Shown one piece after another: positions 1-11,393 of a stretch of DNA of 32,000 bases. The DNA is taken from assembly GCA_016700015.1 (NCBI GenBank), contig CP064995.1, positions 180,001 through 212,000 on the forward strand. Direction: 5' to 3'. The notes beneath the pieces are model-generated. The model was not told the origin of the DNA, ran no database searches, and saw only the letters and a program-made list of their open reading frames with translations. The stretch comes from Candidatus Saccharimonadota bacterium. GTDB taxonomy: Bacteria > Patescibacteriota > Saccharimonadia > Saccharimonadales > Saccharimonadaceae. A program made the translations under genes and the position numbers. How positions within the stretch are numbered: the first letter of the stretch is position 1; each line of letters begins with the position of its first letter.

Positions 1-2813
<2,813 letters not shown>

Positions 2814-2817
<4 letters not shown>

Positions 2818-3488
2818 ACCTGGGGTGCACGCGAAGCCCACACCGCCTCAAAGCCGAGTTGTATGAGTCTTGCATGCGAGCCATGTAAATGTTTCATGTC
2901 TAGCTCATCAAAGCGTAACCACTCGGCGGAACCTGGCACCGCGTCATCTCCCGCAACTGCCGGTGAAAATTCTGGATGACGGAAGAGAAAAGCAGTAGTA
3001 TGTGGCCAGGCGTTGGCTGTCTCTCGGTCGTCCCTCACAAACTCGTCGTAGAGTATTTCCCATCTATCCCTCGCTATGTTAACCGACGTCTCTTCCAGCG
3101 CTTCTCGCACAGCAGCACTATGCTTGTTTTCATAGACACCGTCAACAAGGTCGACAAACCCGCCGGGAAGCGCACGTTTTCCATTACTCTTACGTATAAT
3201 AGTCAGTACTCGGTCGTCCGCCACGCGTCCATTCTTGCCGTATTCTGTCGCAATAATAACGGGATCTACTGTGTAATTGGGCCCCCACCGATAGAATTCG
3301 CCTTTACCAAATCGTGCCCCACGCTCGCCGAGCAGAGTGAGAAATTCTGGATGTAGGGGCCTGCCTTCCGTGTCAACAATCAGGCCCCCAAGCTTAAATC
3401 TCGCCGTTTCCTCGGCAGTGGGTATGGCGATTCCTGCCGTGTCGGGAAAATACAAGCCTGCAGGAGTAAGTTCTAATTGCACTGTCAT
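2814..3488 (-). CDS. Nudix hydrolase (ADP-ribose pyrophosphatase-like), last gene of the pncA-pncB operon
   Basis: Intact Nudix box core E-x7-REALEETSV, preceded by LPGGFVDLVDGVY. Its 3' end overlaps the Ham1 gene 3' end convergently by 4 nt. No promoter-like gap to pncB. Confidence 0.8.
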
Positions 3489-3529
3489 AATATTTCTTAT
3501 ACCATAATATATAATATTTTACAATATTC

Positions 3530-4765
3530 CTAACAGGGGGCGGATACATCTTCAGTTTGAGCGGGTTGCTGCAATCTCTCTTGACGTAGTCTTTGGTAGC
3601 GCGCCACGTCGCTCAGGTTACCCATATGTTTTCCTTCGTCATCACTTAGCTTAACAGTGCCGTATCCATTTACGGCTACTGCTTTACTAACGATATTAAG
3701 ACTCGGAGTGTATGACATATTATTGGTAGTGCCGCCGCCAATTCCGAACGCTACGCCAATCTCGCCTTCAAAATGATGCTTTAGCTCGACAGCGCGCTTG
3801 CCGGTAAGGCTATTGGTAAACATGAGCGATTTTGTCTTTGGATCAATACCTAGCCGTAGTAGCTGTCGGATCACTTTCGCCCCGATTATTTCTTCCACAC
3901 CCGAATCAATACGAAAACTTTCGACTCGCTCAAACAGGTCGCGAGTCATGTCGTGCAGTGTGACGTCACTGGTGAATGTATCGATGAGTGCTACGGGCAT
4001 CGAGGGAAATCGGTCGAGCCATTCCTGGATCACCCTCGTTTGACCATCAAGTGGGTTGCCGCCGCGCTGTTCTTCGAGGGCGGCGAACACCATACTGAGC
4101 TCATGGGCATTCGTACCTATGGCAGGCACGTTATATTTTGCTGCAAGCCACGGATTTGAAGTGCCGATGAACTGCTCGGGGCACTCACTAACAAAACGCT
4201 CTACCATATGGTCTTGCCAGTGACTCGATGCGCGACGCCTCGTGCCAAATTCGGCAAATTTTATATCGTGTGTTTTCATGAGACCAATAAATTCATCGCC
4301 ACGCCGATTGCCTTCACGACACCATTCGGTGAGGGTAGTATAGTTTTTGTCGAGCAGTCGGGGATAGTATAGCTCAGGGATAGCTTGGAGCATCGGGATT
4401 TCCCACTGCGACACATCGTTCCAGGGCCCGGTTGTTTCTGCGGTGAGATCGTCGGTATCTGAATCAATACTGACGCGTATCTCGGGTAGGCGAAACGCGG
4501 CTAAATAGCCAAGGTATTCTGTCGAGTAGTTTTTGCCTTGTTGTTTCTCAAGCATTGCAAGTTCTTCAGGTGTATAGCGAAGTTTGCGTAATTCGTCGTA
4601 GTATTCTTGTAGTTCCCGCACCGAAACAAGATTTGCAATTCGCATGCCTTTTCGAGCCTTACGATTTGTCATACGAAATGTTACCTCGGCATCTGGCTCC
4701 TGCTCATGGATAAACTGTCCCATAGGAAATTTGTATTGGTCTTGGAGATTGAGTAAGTTTTCCAT
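3530..4765 (-). CDS. pncB: Nicotinate phosphoribosyltransferase
   Basis: 411 aa. The N-terminus LLNLQDQYKFPMGQ, the FGTRRR motif and GIGGG near the C-terminus are typical of PncB-type NAPRTase. Starts 2 nt after the pncA stop. Confidence 0.9.
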   Translation of the reverse strand: MENLLNLQDQYKFPMGQFIHEQEPDAEVTFRMTNRKARKGMRIANLVSVRELQEYYDELRKLRYTPEELAMLEKQQGKNYSTEYLGYLAAFRLPEIRVSIDSDTDDLTAETTGPWNDVSQWEIPMLQAIPELYYPRLLDKNYTTLTEWCREGNRRGDEFIGLMKTHDIKFAEFGTRRRASSHWQDHMVERFVSECPEQFIGTSNPWLAAKYNVPAIGTNAHELSMVFAALEEQRGGNPLDGQTRVIQEWLDRFPSMPVALIDTFTSDVTLHDMTRDLFERVESFRIDSGVEEIIGAKVIRQLLRLGIDPKTKSLMFTNSLTGKRAVELKHHFEGEIGVAFGIGGGTTNNMSYTPSLNIVSKAVAVNGYGTVKLSDDEGKHMGNLSDVARYQRLRQERLQQPAQTEDVSAPC

Positions 4766-4767
4766 TA

Positions 4768-5487
4768 CTAGCGCTCCAGTCGTCCACGGTCAATGACAAT
4801 GCTGCCATCAACAATTTCTTGACTTGTAATCGGGTGAGCACCTGCGGCTAGCATTTCGGCAAGCGCACGCGCTCCATCTTCAGGGTGAATATTCACGGCC
4901 TTCATTGCATCGGTGACTACGTAAACATCAACTATTTCTTGTGACGTGTTGTTAAGTGCATCGACGACGGTCGCTCTATCGCAGTAGTCAGTCGCTAGTC
5001 CTTGTATGAGCACGGCAATTCGATCGCCTTTCTCGGCGGCCTGGCGTGCCAAGATACCAATGGCGCGTCCGACAGTGCGTTCGCTTCTATGGAGGTGTGA
5101 TAAGGCATGAAACAATGCGCCCGTTTGGAGTTCGGCCCCCCAGCCCGAATAGCCATCATCCTCTAGGTACATGCCTTTCTGGGCGATCGTATCATCTGCA
5201 ACTACATCGAGGTTGTCGTGTAGTGCTGCACCAGCTTTGTGCTGCACACAGTGAACGGGCCATTTTTCAAAGTGTTTTTTATTATCGGGCCTATGCCAAT
5301 CTTGAGTAAAAATAACTTGTCCACTATTCTCACGTACGAATTTGTTGGTGCTATTCGCAGGATTTACAATATCTTCACCTCCGTTGACAGATAGGGCGCC
5401 AGAGGGCAGAGCAAAATCATTCTGTATATCAACATTTATGGCGATAACTTCGCTATATGTCCTAGGTAATTTATTCACTGCGTTCAT
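4768..5487 (-). CDS. pncA: Nicotinamidase / isochorismatase-family hydrolase
   Basis: INVDIQNDF...GALSV N-terminal motif, FTQDWH, and a conserved Cys context (GLATDYC) typical of PncA. SD AAAGGAG lies upstream. Confidence 0.85.
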   Translation of the reverse strand: MNAVNKLPRTYSEVIAINVDIQNDFALPSGALSVNGGEDIVNPANSTNKFVRENSGQVIFTQDWHRPDNKKHFEKWPVHCVQHKAGAALHDNLDVVADDTIAQKGMYLEDDGYSGWGAELQTGALFHALSHLHRSERTVGRAIGILARQAAEKGDRIAVLIQGLATDYCDRATVVDALNNTSQEIVDVYVVTDAMKAVNIHPEDGARALAEMLAAGAHPITSQEIVDGSIVIDRGRLER

Positions 5488-5499
5488 AGTAACTCCTTT

Positions 5500-5522
5500 G
5501 ATAATGTTGTTATCACACTATC
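5500..5522. promoter_or_regulatory. Candidate NrtR operator S1 (GATAATGT-TGTTATC-ACACTATC)
   Basis: 13/16 arm positions match the palindrome GTTAGTGT-N7-ACACTAAC. Lies between the predicted pncA -10 and the SD, 43 bp from S2. Confidence 0.5.
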
Positions 5523-5524
5523 TG

Positions 5525-5553
5525 TATATAGCATATAGTATAGTAAGTGTAAA
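5525..5553 (-). promoter_or_regulatory. Predicted pncA-pncB-nudix promoter (TTTACA-N17-TATATA on the minus strand)
   Basis: -35 is the complement of 5548-5553 and -10 the complement of 5525-5530, with a 17-nt spacer, about 38 nt upstream of ATG 5487. Confidence 0.45.
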
Positions 5554-5565
5554 AGCAACACTATT
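5543..5565. promoter_or_regulatory. Candidate NrtR operator S2 (GTAAGTGT-AAAAGCA-ACACTATT)
   Basis: 13/16 arm positions match the palindrome. Overlaps the predicted -35 of the pncA promoter. Confidence 0.5.
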
Positions 5566-5600
5566 TATATAAAATTTGTAATTAATTTATAATCTATCTT

Positions 5601-6572
5601 TTAGTGAATTATTTGACCCTGTTTTATCATTTTCTTGGCAGCAGTAAGCGATTTTGCTAACCGTTCTGAATGTGACCCCCGAACAACAAGGCAGGGAACA
5701 CGAAGCTTTGCAATATACGTCGTAAACCATCGGTGCATTTCATGCCGAATATGCTCACCGTCACGGATACCGTCTTGCACGAACGGTATTTCATCCCCAG
5801 TGATAATATAGAGGTCGGCTTTATCACGGGCGGCTATTTGCCGCATTATGCTCGTTGTTTTACCTAGGTACCGTCGCTGCCATAGTTGGGTCGCAACCGC
5901 GTTGGTGTCACACACAATCACACCCTTGCTGCGAGCGGCGATCTCTCTTTCGTAAGCTTGCTGGAGTCGTCCGATCCGATAGAAATCATCATTTTGCCAA
6001 TCGGCTCCGCAAGTGAGAATTGATTCAGTGTAGTAGCGACCAATTTCGGGCACCCAGGGTACGTGTAGCGCTTCTGCAAGATCGCGCGCGAGCGTGGTAG
6101 TGCCGGTTGATTCGGCGCCGACAACAACAATACGAAGGCAAAGCCCAGCCCGGACTTCATCACTAAGATACTGCCAGGATTCTAGCAGATTGGCGCGTAC
6201 CTTTGTTCCAGAAATTGGTACGGTCTCTCGAGCTTTGTCGACAACAACACTTCGAGCACCCATGTAATGCGCCCATGGCCCACCATAGTCCTCAGAGCTG
6301 TAGACGACATCTGGCTTGTAGCCTAAAAACTGCATCGTATGTGCTGCCCAAGCGACCGAATCATCATCGTTGTTGATATCGGGGATAATCATAACATGGG
6401 CAGATGGATGATGGGCCTGTAGCCATGCGCGACGCAACTCGGCTGCAATGTTATACGCCGGGTTGTCGACAACAAGTACGTCGACGTCATTACAATCCTT
6501 GAGCGCGGTATTGATTAAGAAATTATGGCCGAGGTGTGGTGGATAGAATTTGCCGATCACAAGTCCACGCAT
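5601..6572 (-). CDS. nadR: NadR-like NMN adenylyltransferase fused to a ribosylnicotinamide-kinase-like domain (no HTH domain)
   Basis: The N-terminal GKFYPPHLGH is the (H/T)xGH nucleotidyltransferase motif. The C-terminal P-loop-like domain VVVGAESTGTTTLARDL resembles the NadR RNK domain, but its Walker A lysine is replaced by Thr. Confidence 0.85.
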   Translation of the reverse strand: MRGLVIGKFYPPHLGHNFLINTALKDCNDVDVLVVDNPAYNIAAELRRAWLQAHHPSAHVMIIPDINNDDDSVAWAAHTMQFLGYKPDVVYSSEDYGGPWAHYMGARSVVVDKARETVPISGTKVRANLLESWQYLSDEVRAGLCLRIVVVGAESTGTTTLARDLAEALHVPWVPEIGRYYTESILTCGADWQNDDFYRIGRLQQAYEREIAARSKGVIVCDTNAVATQLWQRRYLGKTTSIMRQIAARDKADLYIITGDEIPFVQDGIRDGEHIRHEMHRWFTTYIAKLRVPCLVVRGSHSERLAKSLTAAKKMIKQGQIIH

Positions 6573-6574
6573 GG

Positions 6575-7111
6575 CTAAGTGCTCCTTTCTCTAATAAGAC
6601 TAATTGCTTCGCTGAGTCTTTCGTTTCGCGCCGCTGATTCGACGACAGCGTAGGGAAGTTGGTATCGCTCACACAGATCAATCCAGTAGTCGTCGTGGCT
6701 TTCTCGTGTGTCACCGCCATAGCGCAAAGGGTCTGGTTCAAACGGTATGTTGCTTTTTGTGATGAGGTATAGGTTTGACTTGAGGCTTGCCGCATCTTGT
6801 TCCAGGAGCTTGGGGCAGTCGCGAATTACTGGTCTCACGTGTGGCAGCTGCCAATAGCCTACAGTAGCGTAAAGGTCGGTATCCTGTATAACGATGCTTT
6901 GTAGTGAACGTCGAGCTTCATGCTGAAGTGCGCGCTGCCCCCACCAGATCGCCTTCATTGACTTAGGGGTCACTTGTCCATCTGTCGTTTCTAGGTAACT
7001 TCGCGCAAACTCTGGGACCCAGTTGGCGCTTAACTGCTGTGCAAGTTCTCGTGACAGGCAGGTTTTGCCAGTTGATTCGGCGCCAATGATTGTGACAATA
7101 AATGGTATCAT
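6575..7111 (-). CDS. Stand-alone NadR-C-terminal-like P-loop ATPase (putative ribosylnicotinamide kinase)
   Basis: Intact Walker A IIGAESTGKTCL followed by WVPEFARSYLE, as in NadR RNK domains. Start set to ATG 7111 (MIPFIVT...), which is preceded by AAGGAGG with a 6-nt spacer. The pnuC stop TAG lies inside that spacer. Confidence 0.75.
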   Translation of the reverse strand: MIPFIVTIIGAESTGKTCLSRELAQQLSANWVPEFARSYLETTDGQVTPKSMKAIWWGQRALQHEARRSLQSIVIQDTDLYATVGYWQLPHVRPVIRDCPKLLEQDAASLKSNLYLITKSNIPFEPDPLRYGGDTRESHDDYWIDLCERYQLPYAVVESAARNERLSEAISLIRERST

Positions 7112-7112
7112 G

Positions 7113-7829
7113 CTATGCCTCCTTGAGTGCTTTGGTGGTGGGAGCATCTAGCGCGTCGCTCATCTGCTTGCTCCGATGCCATACCACATAGCCATAGACG
7201 GTGTTGGCGAGAAAAAGTACGTATTGAAGCGCCACAAGTGGCAAGCCGGTGGTGGCATAGGTATAGATAGCGAATACATTGACGACTGCCCAGACAATCC
7301 AGTTTTCGAGCTTCTTATTGTCGAGGAGGAACTGAGCGAGAATTGTCGCAGCTAGCACCATTGCGTCTGTCCACGCCATCGCACCGCCAAGTCGCTGACT
7401 GATGAGCGCGGCGCCAGTATACCCAAGAAGTGAGACTAATAAATATACTGGGATCCACCGTAATTGTACATGGCTAACACGGCGGGTATCTATGTCCTTA
7501 CGCCAGCGAATCCAACCGTAAATAAGGGTTGGTGTGAGATACGCGTTGAGGATGGCGCTGGACAGCAATCCGCTCTGGAGAAAGAGAACAGCGTAGGCGG
7601 CCGTACTGACTGCTCCGATGGGATAGTTCGCTCGCCGCTCCTTCACGCATAAGTAGGTGCTTGCATACGACGTAAAGACGGCGAATACCTCAAGCCAGTT
7701 AAGATTGGTAATCCATTGTGCCGCGATTGCCACGCAATAGGAGAGCGTGGTGAGCACTACTCCGACTAATAGGCTTTCCGCAAGATCGCGCTTTGCACTA
7801 ATGCGTGTGATGGTAAGTAGCTGCTTCAT
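7113..7829 (-). CDS. pnuC: Nicotinamide riboside transporter PnuC
   Basis: 238 aa polytopic membrane protein. WLEVFAVFTSYASTYLCVKERRANYPIG and the W-rich TM helices are typical of the PnuC family. SD GAAAGGG lies upstream. Confidence 0.9.
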   Translation of the reverse strand: MKQLLTITRISAKRDLAESLLVGVVLTTLSYCVAIAAQWITNLNWLEVFAVFTSYASTYLCVKERRANYPIGAVSTAAYAVLFLQSGLLSSAILNAYLTPTLIYGWIRWRKDIDTRRVSHVQLRWIPVYLLVSLLGYTGAALISQRLGGAMAWTDAMVLAATILAQFLLDNKKLENWIVWAVVNVFAIYTYATTGLPLVALQYVLFLANTVYGYVVWHRSKQMSDALDAPTTKALKEA

Positions 7830-7846
7830 AATATGCCCTTTCTGTA

Positions 7847-7869
7847 CTTATTGTACGTAATACACTAAC
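7847..7869. promoter_or_regulatory. Candidate NrtR operator S3 (CTTATTGT-ACGTAAT-ACACTAAC)
   Basis: 14/16 arm positions match the palindrome. Sits immediately downstream of the predicted pnuC -10, over the TSS and leader, 43 bp from S4. Confidence 0.5.
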
Positions 7870-7876
7870 TATTCTC

Positions 7877-7905
7877 AGTCTAACGTAGAGTTATTGTTTT
7901 GTCAA
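7877..7905 (-). promoter_or_regulatory. Predicted pnuC-rnk-nadR promoter (TTGACA-N17-TAGACT on the minus strand)
   Basis: -35 is the complement of 7900-7905 and -10 the complement of 7877-7882, with a 17-nt spacer. Confidence 0.45.
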
Positions 7906-7912
7906 CACTATT
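7890..7912. promoter_or_regulatory. Candidate NrtR operator S4 (GTTATTGT-TTTGTCA-ACACTATT)
   Basis: 13/16 arm positions match. The pnuC -35 hexamer overlaps the spacer and right arm, and the right arm touches the -35 of the divergent histidine-phosphatase promoter. Confidence 0.5.
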
Positions 7913-7939
7913 TACAAATATGGTGAAATACGTTATGAT
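7911..7939 (+). promoter_or_regulatory. Predicted promoter of the histidine-phosphatase/ADP-ribosylglycohydrolase operon (TTTACA-N17-TATGAT)
   Basis: -35 at 7911-7916, -10 at 7934-7939, 17-nt spacer, about 29 nt upstream of ATG 7968. SD TAGGAG at about 7951. Confidence 0.45.
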
Positions 7940-7967
7940 GTTGGCATAGATAGGAGTAATCACTGCC

Positions 7968-8870
7968 ATGACAATGCCTAGGCGTCTTGTTCAGGTCCGG
8001 CACGGACAATCAGAGGCAAATGTAGTCCAAAAGGAGTTGCTGCCCGACCTTGATCCAGTGGTTGCCGCAGAGATTATGAATCGTCCTGACTGGGAGCAAC
8101 GTCTATCACCACTTGGGATCGAGCAGGCAAAAATTGCGGGTGATTGGATTCGGCACCATATTGGTTCACTCGCAAGTTTTGACGTTATATATGTCTCGCC
8201 ATTTATGCGCACGTTTGAGACGGCATGTTATGCGGCGGGAGACGAAGAGGTGCAATTTACCCCAGAAGATCGGATTATTGAGCGTGACTGGGGCCTCTAT
8301 GGTAAGTTATCGAAGGCTGATCAAAAACGCTTTTACCCAGAGACCTATCGTAACAAGAAGGAGAACCCACTCTATGCTCGGCTGGATGGCGGGGAGAGTC
8401 AAATGGATTCTTACTTACAGATTCGTGATATCAATGGCACTATGCACCGAGAATACCCGAGCGGAAGAGTACTCATGTTCGGTCACGGTGACAAGCTTGC
8501 AATGTATCGCTATGTTCTCGAGCGCATGCTTCCTGAAGAGTGGGTTAAGATGGTGCAGGATTCCTTCTTTGATATTCGAAACTGTACGGTAATTGACTGG
8601 ACGCGTGATAACCCGGGGGACCCTGGTGACGTACGTGAAAAGATTAACTGGATGCGCATTGTCCATCCCACGGTACCCGGACTTTCGCCATTTGGTGGTG
8701 AATGGGTTGAGCTTACTGGCAAGCGTACCTATTCGGTACGCGAAGGGCTGGCTCGCGTAGCAACATCGTCGACACTCCTGCCTGATGGCTTGCTTGATCG
8801 ATTGAGACAGATTGAGGCGCGCAAGATTGCAGATGATGCGGAGAACTTTAGGAGAGAGGGTCGTATATGA
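7968..8870 (+). CDS. Histidine phosphatase family (phosphoglycerate-mutase-like) protein
   Basis: N-terminal catalytic RHG motif (LVQVRHGQSEAN) and a second His context (FGHGD). 300 aa. Substrate not inferable from sequence. Confidence 0.8.
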   Translation: MTMPRRLVQVRHGQSEANVVQKELLPDLDPVVAAEIMNRPDWEQRLSPLGIEQAKIAGDWIRHHIGSLASFDVIYVSPFMRTFETACYAAGDEEVQFTPEDRIIERDWGLYGKLSKADQKRFYPETYRNKKENPLYARLDGGESQMDSYLQIRDINGTMHREYPSGRVLMFGHGDKLAMYRYVLERMLPEEWVKMVQDSFFDIRNCTVIDWTRDNPGDPGDVREKINWMRIVHPTVPGLSPFGGEWVELTGKRTYSVREGLARVATSSTLLPDGLLDRLRQIEARKIADDAENFRREGRI

Positions 8871-9856
8871 ATTCGTGGCGCGCAATAGGTGAGCAGCTAT
8901 TGCCTGCGATTGCCTATGGTGATGCGGCGGGACTACCGGTCGAGACACGTAGCGCCAAATACATCACTGATCATTATGGTCATATTGATCGTCTTTTACC
9001 AAGCAAAGAAAACCCATTTTATCAAGGTGAATTTCAGCCAGGTACCTGGAGTGACGACACACAACTAAGTCTGGTGGTCGCGCGTAGTCTTAGCCGTGTT
9101 GGGGCGTTTGATATACGAGATATTGCCAATCTTCATGTTCAGGCCTATGGTGAGACCGAACAGGTCATCCGTAAAGGCCAGGTGGTAAAGCGTGGCTGGG
9201 GCGGCTCAACAACCCGGAGTGTTGAGCGGTATATGAGCGGTATTGCGGCAGAGCAGTGTGGCGAAGTCCAGGGCAAGGGAAACGGTGTCATTATGAAGCT
9301 AGCCCCACTCGTCTATTGGCATGAAGTACGTGGTGTTGATCGCGTAGAAGCTTACCGTGACTGTGATCAACTAACGGCATTTACCCATAATCATGTCACC
9401 GCGAAAGTTGCTTCGAGAGTTCACCACGACGTACTGAGCTACTTGATGCACATGCCGTATGAACAAGACGATTTTGTGCGCTTTGTGCTTGAAAGCGCAA
9501 AGTATCATGAATACCTACTGGGTGATCGCTCGAATGACATCTCAAGCGAGCTTGCTTACCTCAATGAGCATTTCTATTTCGATACCGATAGTATTCTTCG
9601 TAATACTGATGGAAGAGGTTTTGTTGTGTCGCAGACTCTTGCAATGGCATATGGTGCATTTTTAGCCCACGATGGCGAATTCGTGACGAGTGTCTACGAA
9701 GCGGTCAACCTGGGGGGCGACACCGACAGTACTGCTTCAATCGTGGCAGCGATGACAGTTATGAAAAACCGAGGAGTGTTTGAAAAACCGCACGATTACG
9801 AGACCACTCTCAACCATGATATGCTTTGTGAAGTATCATGTGCGCTTAGCTGTTAA
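8867..9856 (+). CDS. ADP-ribosylglycohydrolase family protein (DraG/ARH-like)
   Basis: ATG 8867 overlaps the upstream stop (ATGA). Family motifs are AYGDAAGLPVE, WSDDTQL and GGDTDSTASIVAAM (metal-binding Asp/Thr cluster). Confidence 0.85.
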   Translation: MNSWRAIGEQLLPAIAYGDAAGLPVETRSAKYITDHYGHIDRLLPSKENPFYQGEFQPGTWSDDTQLSLVVARSLSRVGAFDIRDIANLHVQAYGETEQVIRKGQVVKRGWGGSTTRSVERYMSGIAAEQCGEVQGKGNGVIMKLAPLVYWHEVRGVDRVEAYRDCDQLTAFTHNHVTAKVASRVHHDVLSYLMHMPYEQDDFVRFVLESAKYHEYLLGDRSNDISSELAYLNEHFYFDTDSILRNTDGRGFVVSQTLAMAYGAFLAHDGEFVTSVYEAVNLGGDTDSTASIVAAMTVMKNRGVFEKPHDYETTLNHDMLCEVSCALSC

Positions 9857-10530
9857 TCAAAACTACGAGAGAGAACTTCGAGTGATTCATTATTGAAGGC
9901 GTAGAGTTTCGCTGGTCGATGTGCGCCCTCTCGCCACATATCAGGTGTTTCATGGATCAGGCCAAGGCTTAGGAATTTTTTACGAAAATTTCGTTTATCA
10001 AGTACGCGTCCTATAACCGCTTCGTACGCAGTTTGCAGCTGACTCAGAGTAAATTTTTTGTCGAGCAAGCCTGACACGGCATTAGTATAGGTAAGTTTCG
10101 CGCTCAGTCGTGCGCGCGCGTATCGAATAATCTCTGCAGGATCATAGGCGAGGCTAGGAAGTTTGTCGACCGGGTAAAATGTCGATATTTGCTCGGCGGA
10201 TTTTGGAATAATATTGCGACCACACCCCATGTAGGTTACTGATACCGCATGACCGCGCGGATCACGGGCGACCGTGTCGAAGGTGTACAGCTGTTCGATG
10301 TAGGCAAGGTCATTATCGAGGTCCACACCAGTCTTGCGTTTCACAACCACAGAGAGAGCCTCAATCGTTGTACTACCCGCAGCGTTGTAACCCCCTGGGA
10401 GTGCCCATTCTCCACGGAATGGATCATCACTTCGCTGAGTGAGCAACACTACAAGTTCATCACCAAGTAGTTGAAAAACTACCACATCAACAGTCAATGT
10501 CGGGGGAATATAGGGCGTGCTGTACTTCAT
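9853..10530 (-). CDS. nrtR: NrtR-like regulator: degenerate Nudix domain plus C-terminal winged-helix domain
   Basis: The Nudix-fold N-terminus has a degenerate box (GGYNAAGSTTIEALSVVVKRKTGVD, lacking the REUXEE glutamates). The C-terminus FTLSQLQTAYEAVIGRVLDKRNFRKKFLSLGLIHET...HRPAKLYAF resembles the NrtR DNA-binding domain as I recall it. Confidence 0.75.
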   Translation of the reverse strand: MKYSTPYIPPTLTVDVVVFQLLGDELVVLLTQRSDDPFRGEWALPGGYNAAGSTTIEALSVVVKRKTGVDLDNDLAYIEQLYTFDTVARDPRGHAVSVTYMGCGRNIIPKSAEQISTFYPVDKLPSLAYDPAEIIRYARARLSAKLTYTNAVSGLLDKKFTLSQLQTAYEAVIGRVLDKRNFRKKFLSLGLIHETPDMWREGAHRPAKLYAFNNESLEVLSRSFD

Positions 10531-10575
10531 ACACTAAGTCTACAATAGAATATGCAGCTTGAAAAGGTGTGTTTA

Positions 10576-11379
10576 CTAAAACGCTACTGGATTCTCTCGT
10601 TTGTGCGCGGTCGCATCGTATTTACGTTCGATCACTGTTGCTATTGTGTCTACCATCTCTTTCCCCTCAAGGTAATCGTCAATACTGCTGTAGGTTAGTC
10701 CGAGTTCAGTCTCATCGGGCTGTGAAGGAGTGCCATCGAGCAGGTCGGCGGTTGGCGCTTTTGAAGTAAACACTTCTGGTACCCCTAGATATCTTAACAA
10801 TTGTCGCCCTTGGCGCTTGTTAAGCGTTGAAATTGGAGCTACGTCTGCTGCACCATCACCGAATTTTGTAAAAAAGCCTACCAAAGCTTCGGCTGCGTGA
10901 TCAGTACCAAGCACCAACATATTGTGCATGCCAGCAAGGGCGTATTGGGCTACCATACGTGATCTAGCCTTGGCATTGCCTTTGTGAAAATCAGTCAGAT
11001 TCTCCATAGTTGCGCTATCGTATGTTGTAGCGAATGCGTCTACCATTGGCTTTATATTAAAATCGATTACTCGATCAGGTTTAATGACGTTTATTGCCAA
11101 TTCAGCGTCAAGCCGGTCACTCTGGTCGCCATATGGCAATAGCATTGCGCAAAATTGTGCTGTATAGCCTTCGGCTCTGCTGAGAACTGCGGCTCGTTGT
11201 GCGAGAAGTCCCACGAGAAGAGAGTCTTGTCCGCCAGATACACCGAGTACAAACCCTGCTTTACTATTTTCGCGTAGATAATCCGCAAGCTGACGAGTTC
11301 GCCGTTCGATTTCTTCTTTTGGTTCGATCGACGGTTTTACCCCTAAAGTTGTTATGATTTCATGCTGACGCTCACACAT
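10576..11379 (-). CDS. nadE: NH3-dependent NAD+ synthetase
   Basis: PP-loop SGGQDS (VLGVSGGQDSLL). 267 aa, the typical single-domain NadE length. C-terminal KRENP-type motif. SD AAAGGA upstream. Confidence 0.92.
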   Translation of the reverse strand: MCERQHEIITTLGVKPSIEPKEEIERRTRQLADYLRENSKAGFVLGVSGGQDSLLVGLLAQRAAVLSRAEGYTAQFCAMLLPYGDQSDRLDAELAINVIKPDRVIDFNIKPMVDAFATTYDSATMENLTDFHKGNAKARSRMVAQYALAGMHNMLVLGTDHAAEALVGFFTKFGDGAADVAPISTLNKRQGRQLLRYLGVPEVFTSKAPTADLLDGTPSQPDETELGLTYSSIDDYLEGKEMVDTIATVIERKYDATAHKRENPVAF

Positions 11380-11393
11380 GACGCATCCTTTCT

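Noticed and set aside
7112-7147. Longer start (7147) for the RNK-like ATPase, overlapping pnuC by 35 nt
   Set aside because: The internal ATG 7111 has a perfect AAGGAGG SD and begins directly before the P-loop strand. The extension, MLPPPKHSRRHS, is just the reverse reading of the pnuC 3' end.
10516-10538. Sixth operator-like site CGTGCTGT-ACTTCAT-ACACTAAG over the nrtR start codon
   Set aside because: The right arm is good (7/8) and shares TGTAC...ACACTAA with S3 and S6, but the left arm matches only 4/8 and lies in coding sequence. It is kept as a weak possibility only.
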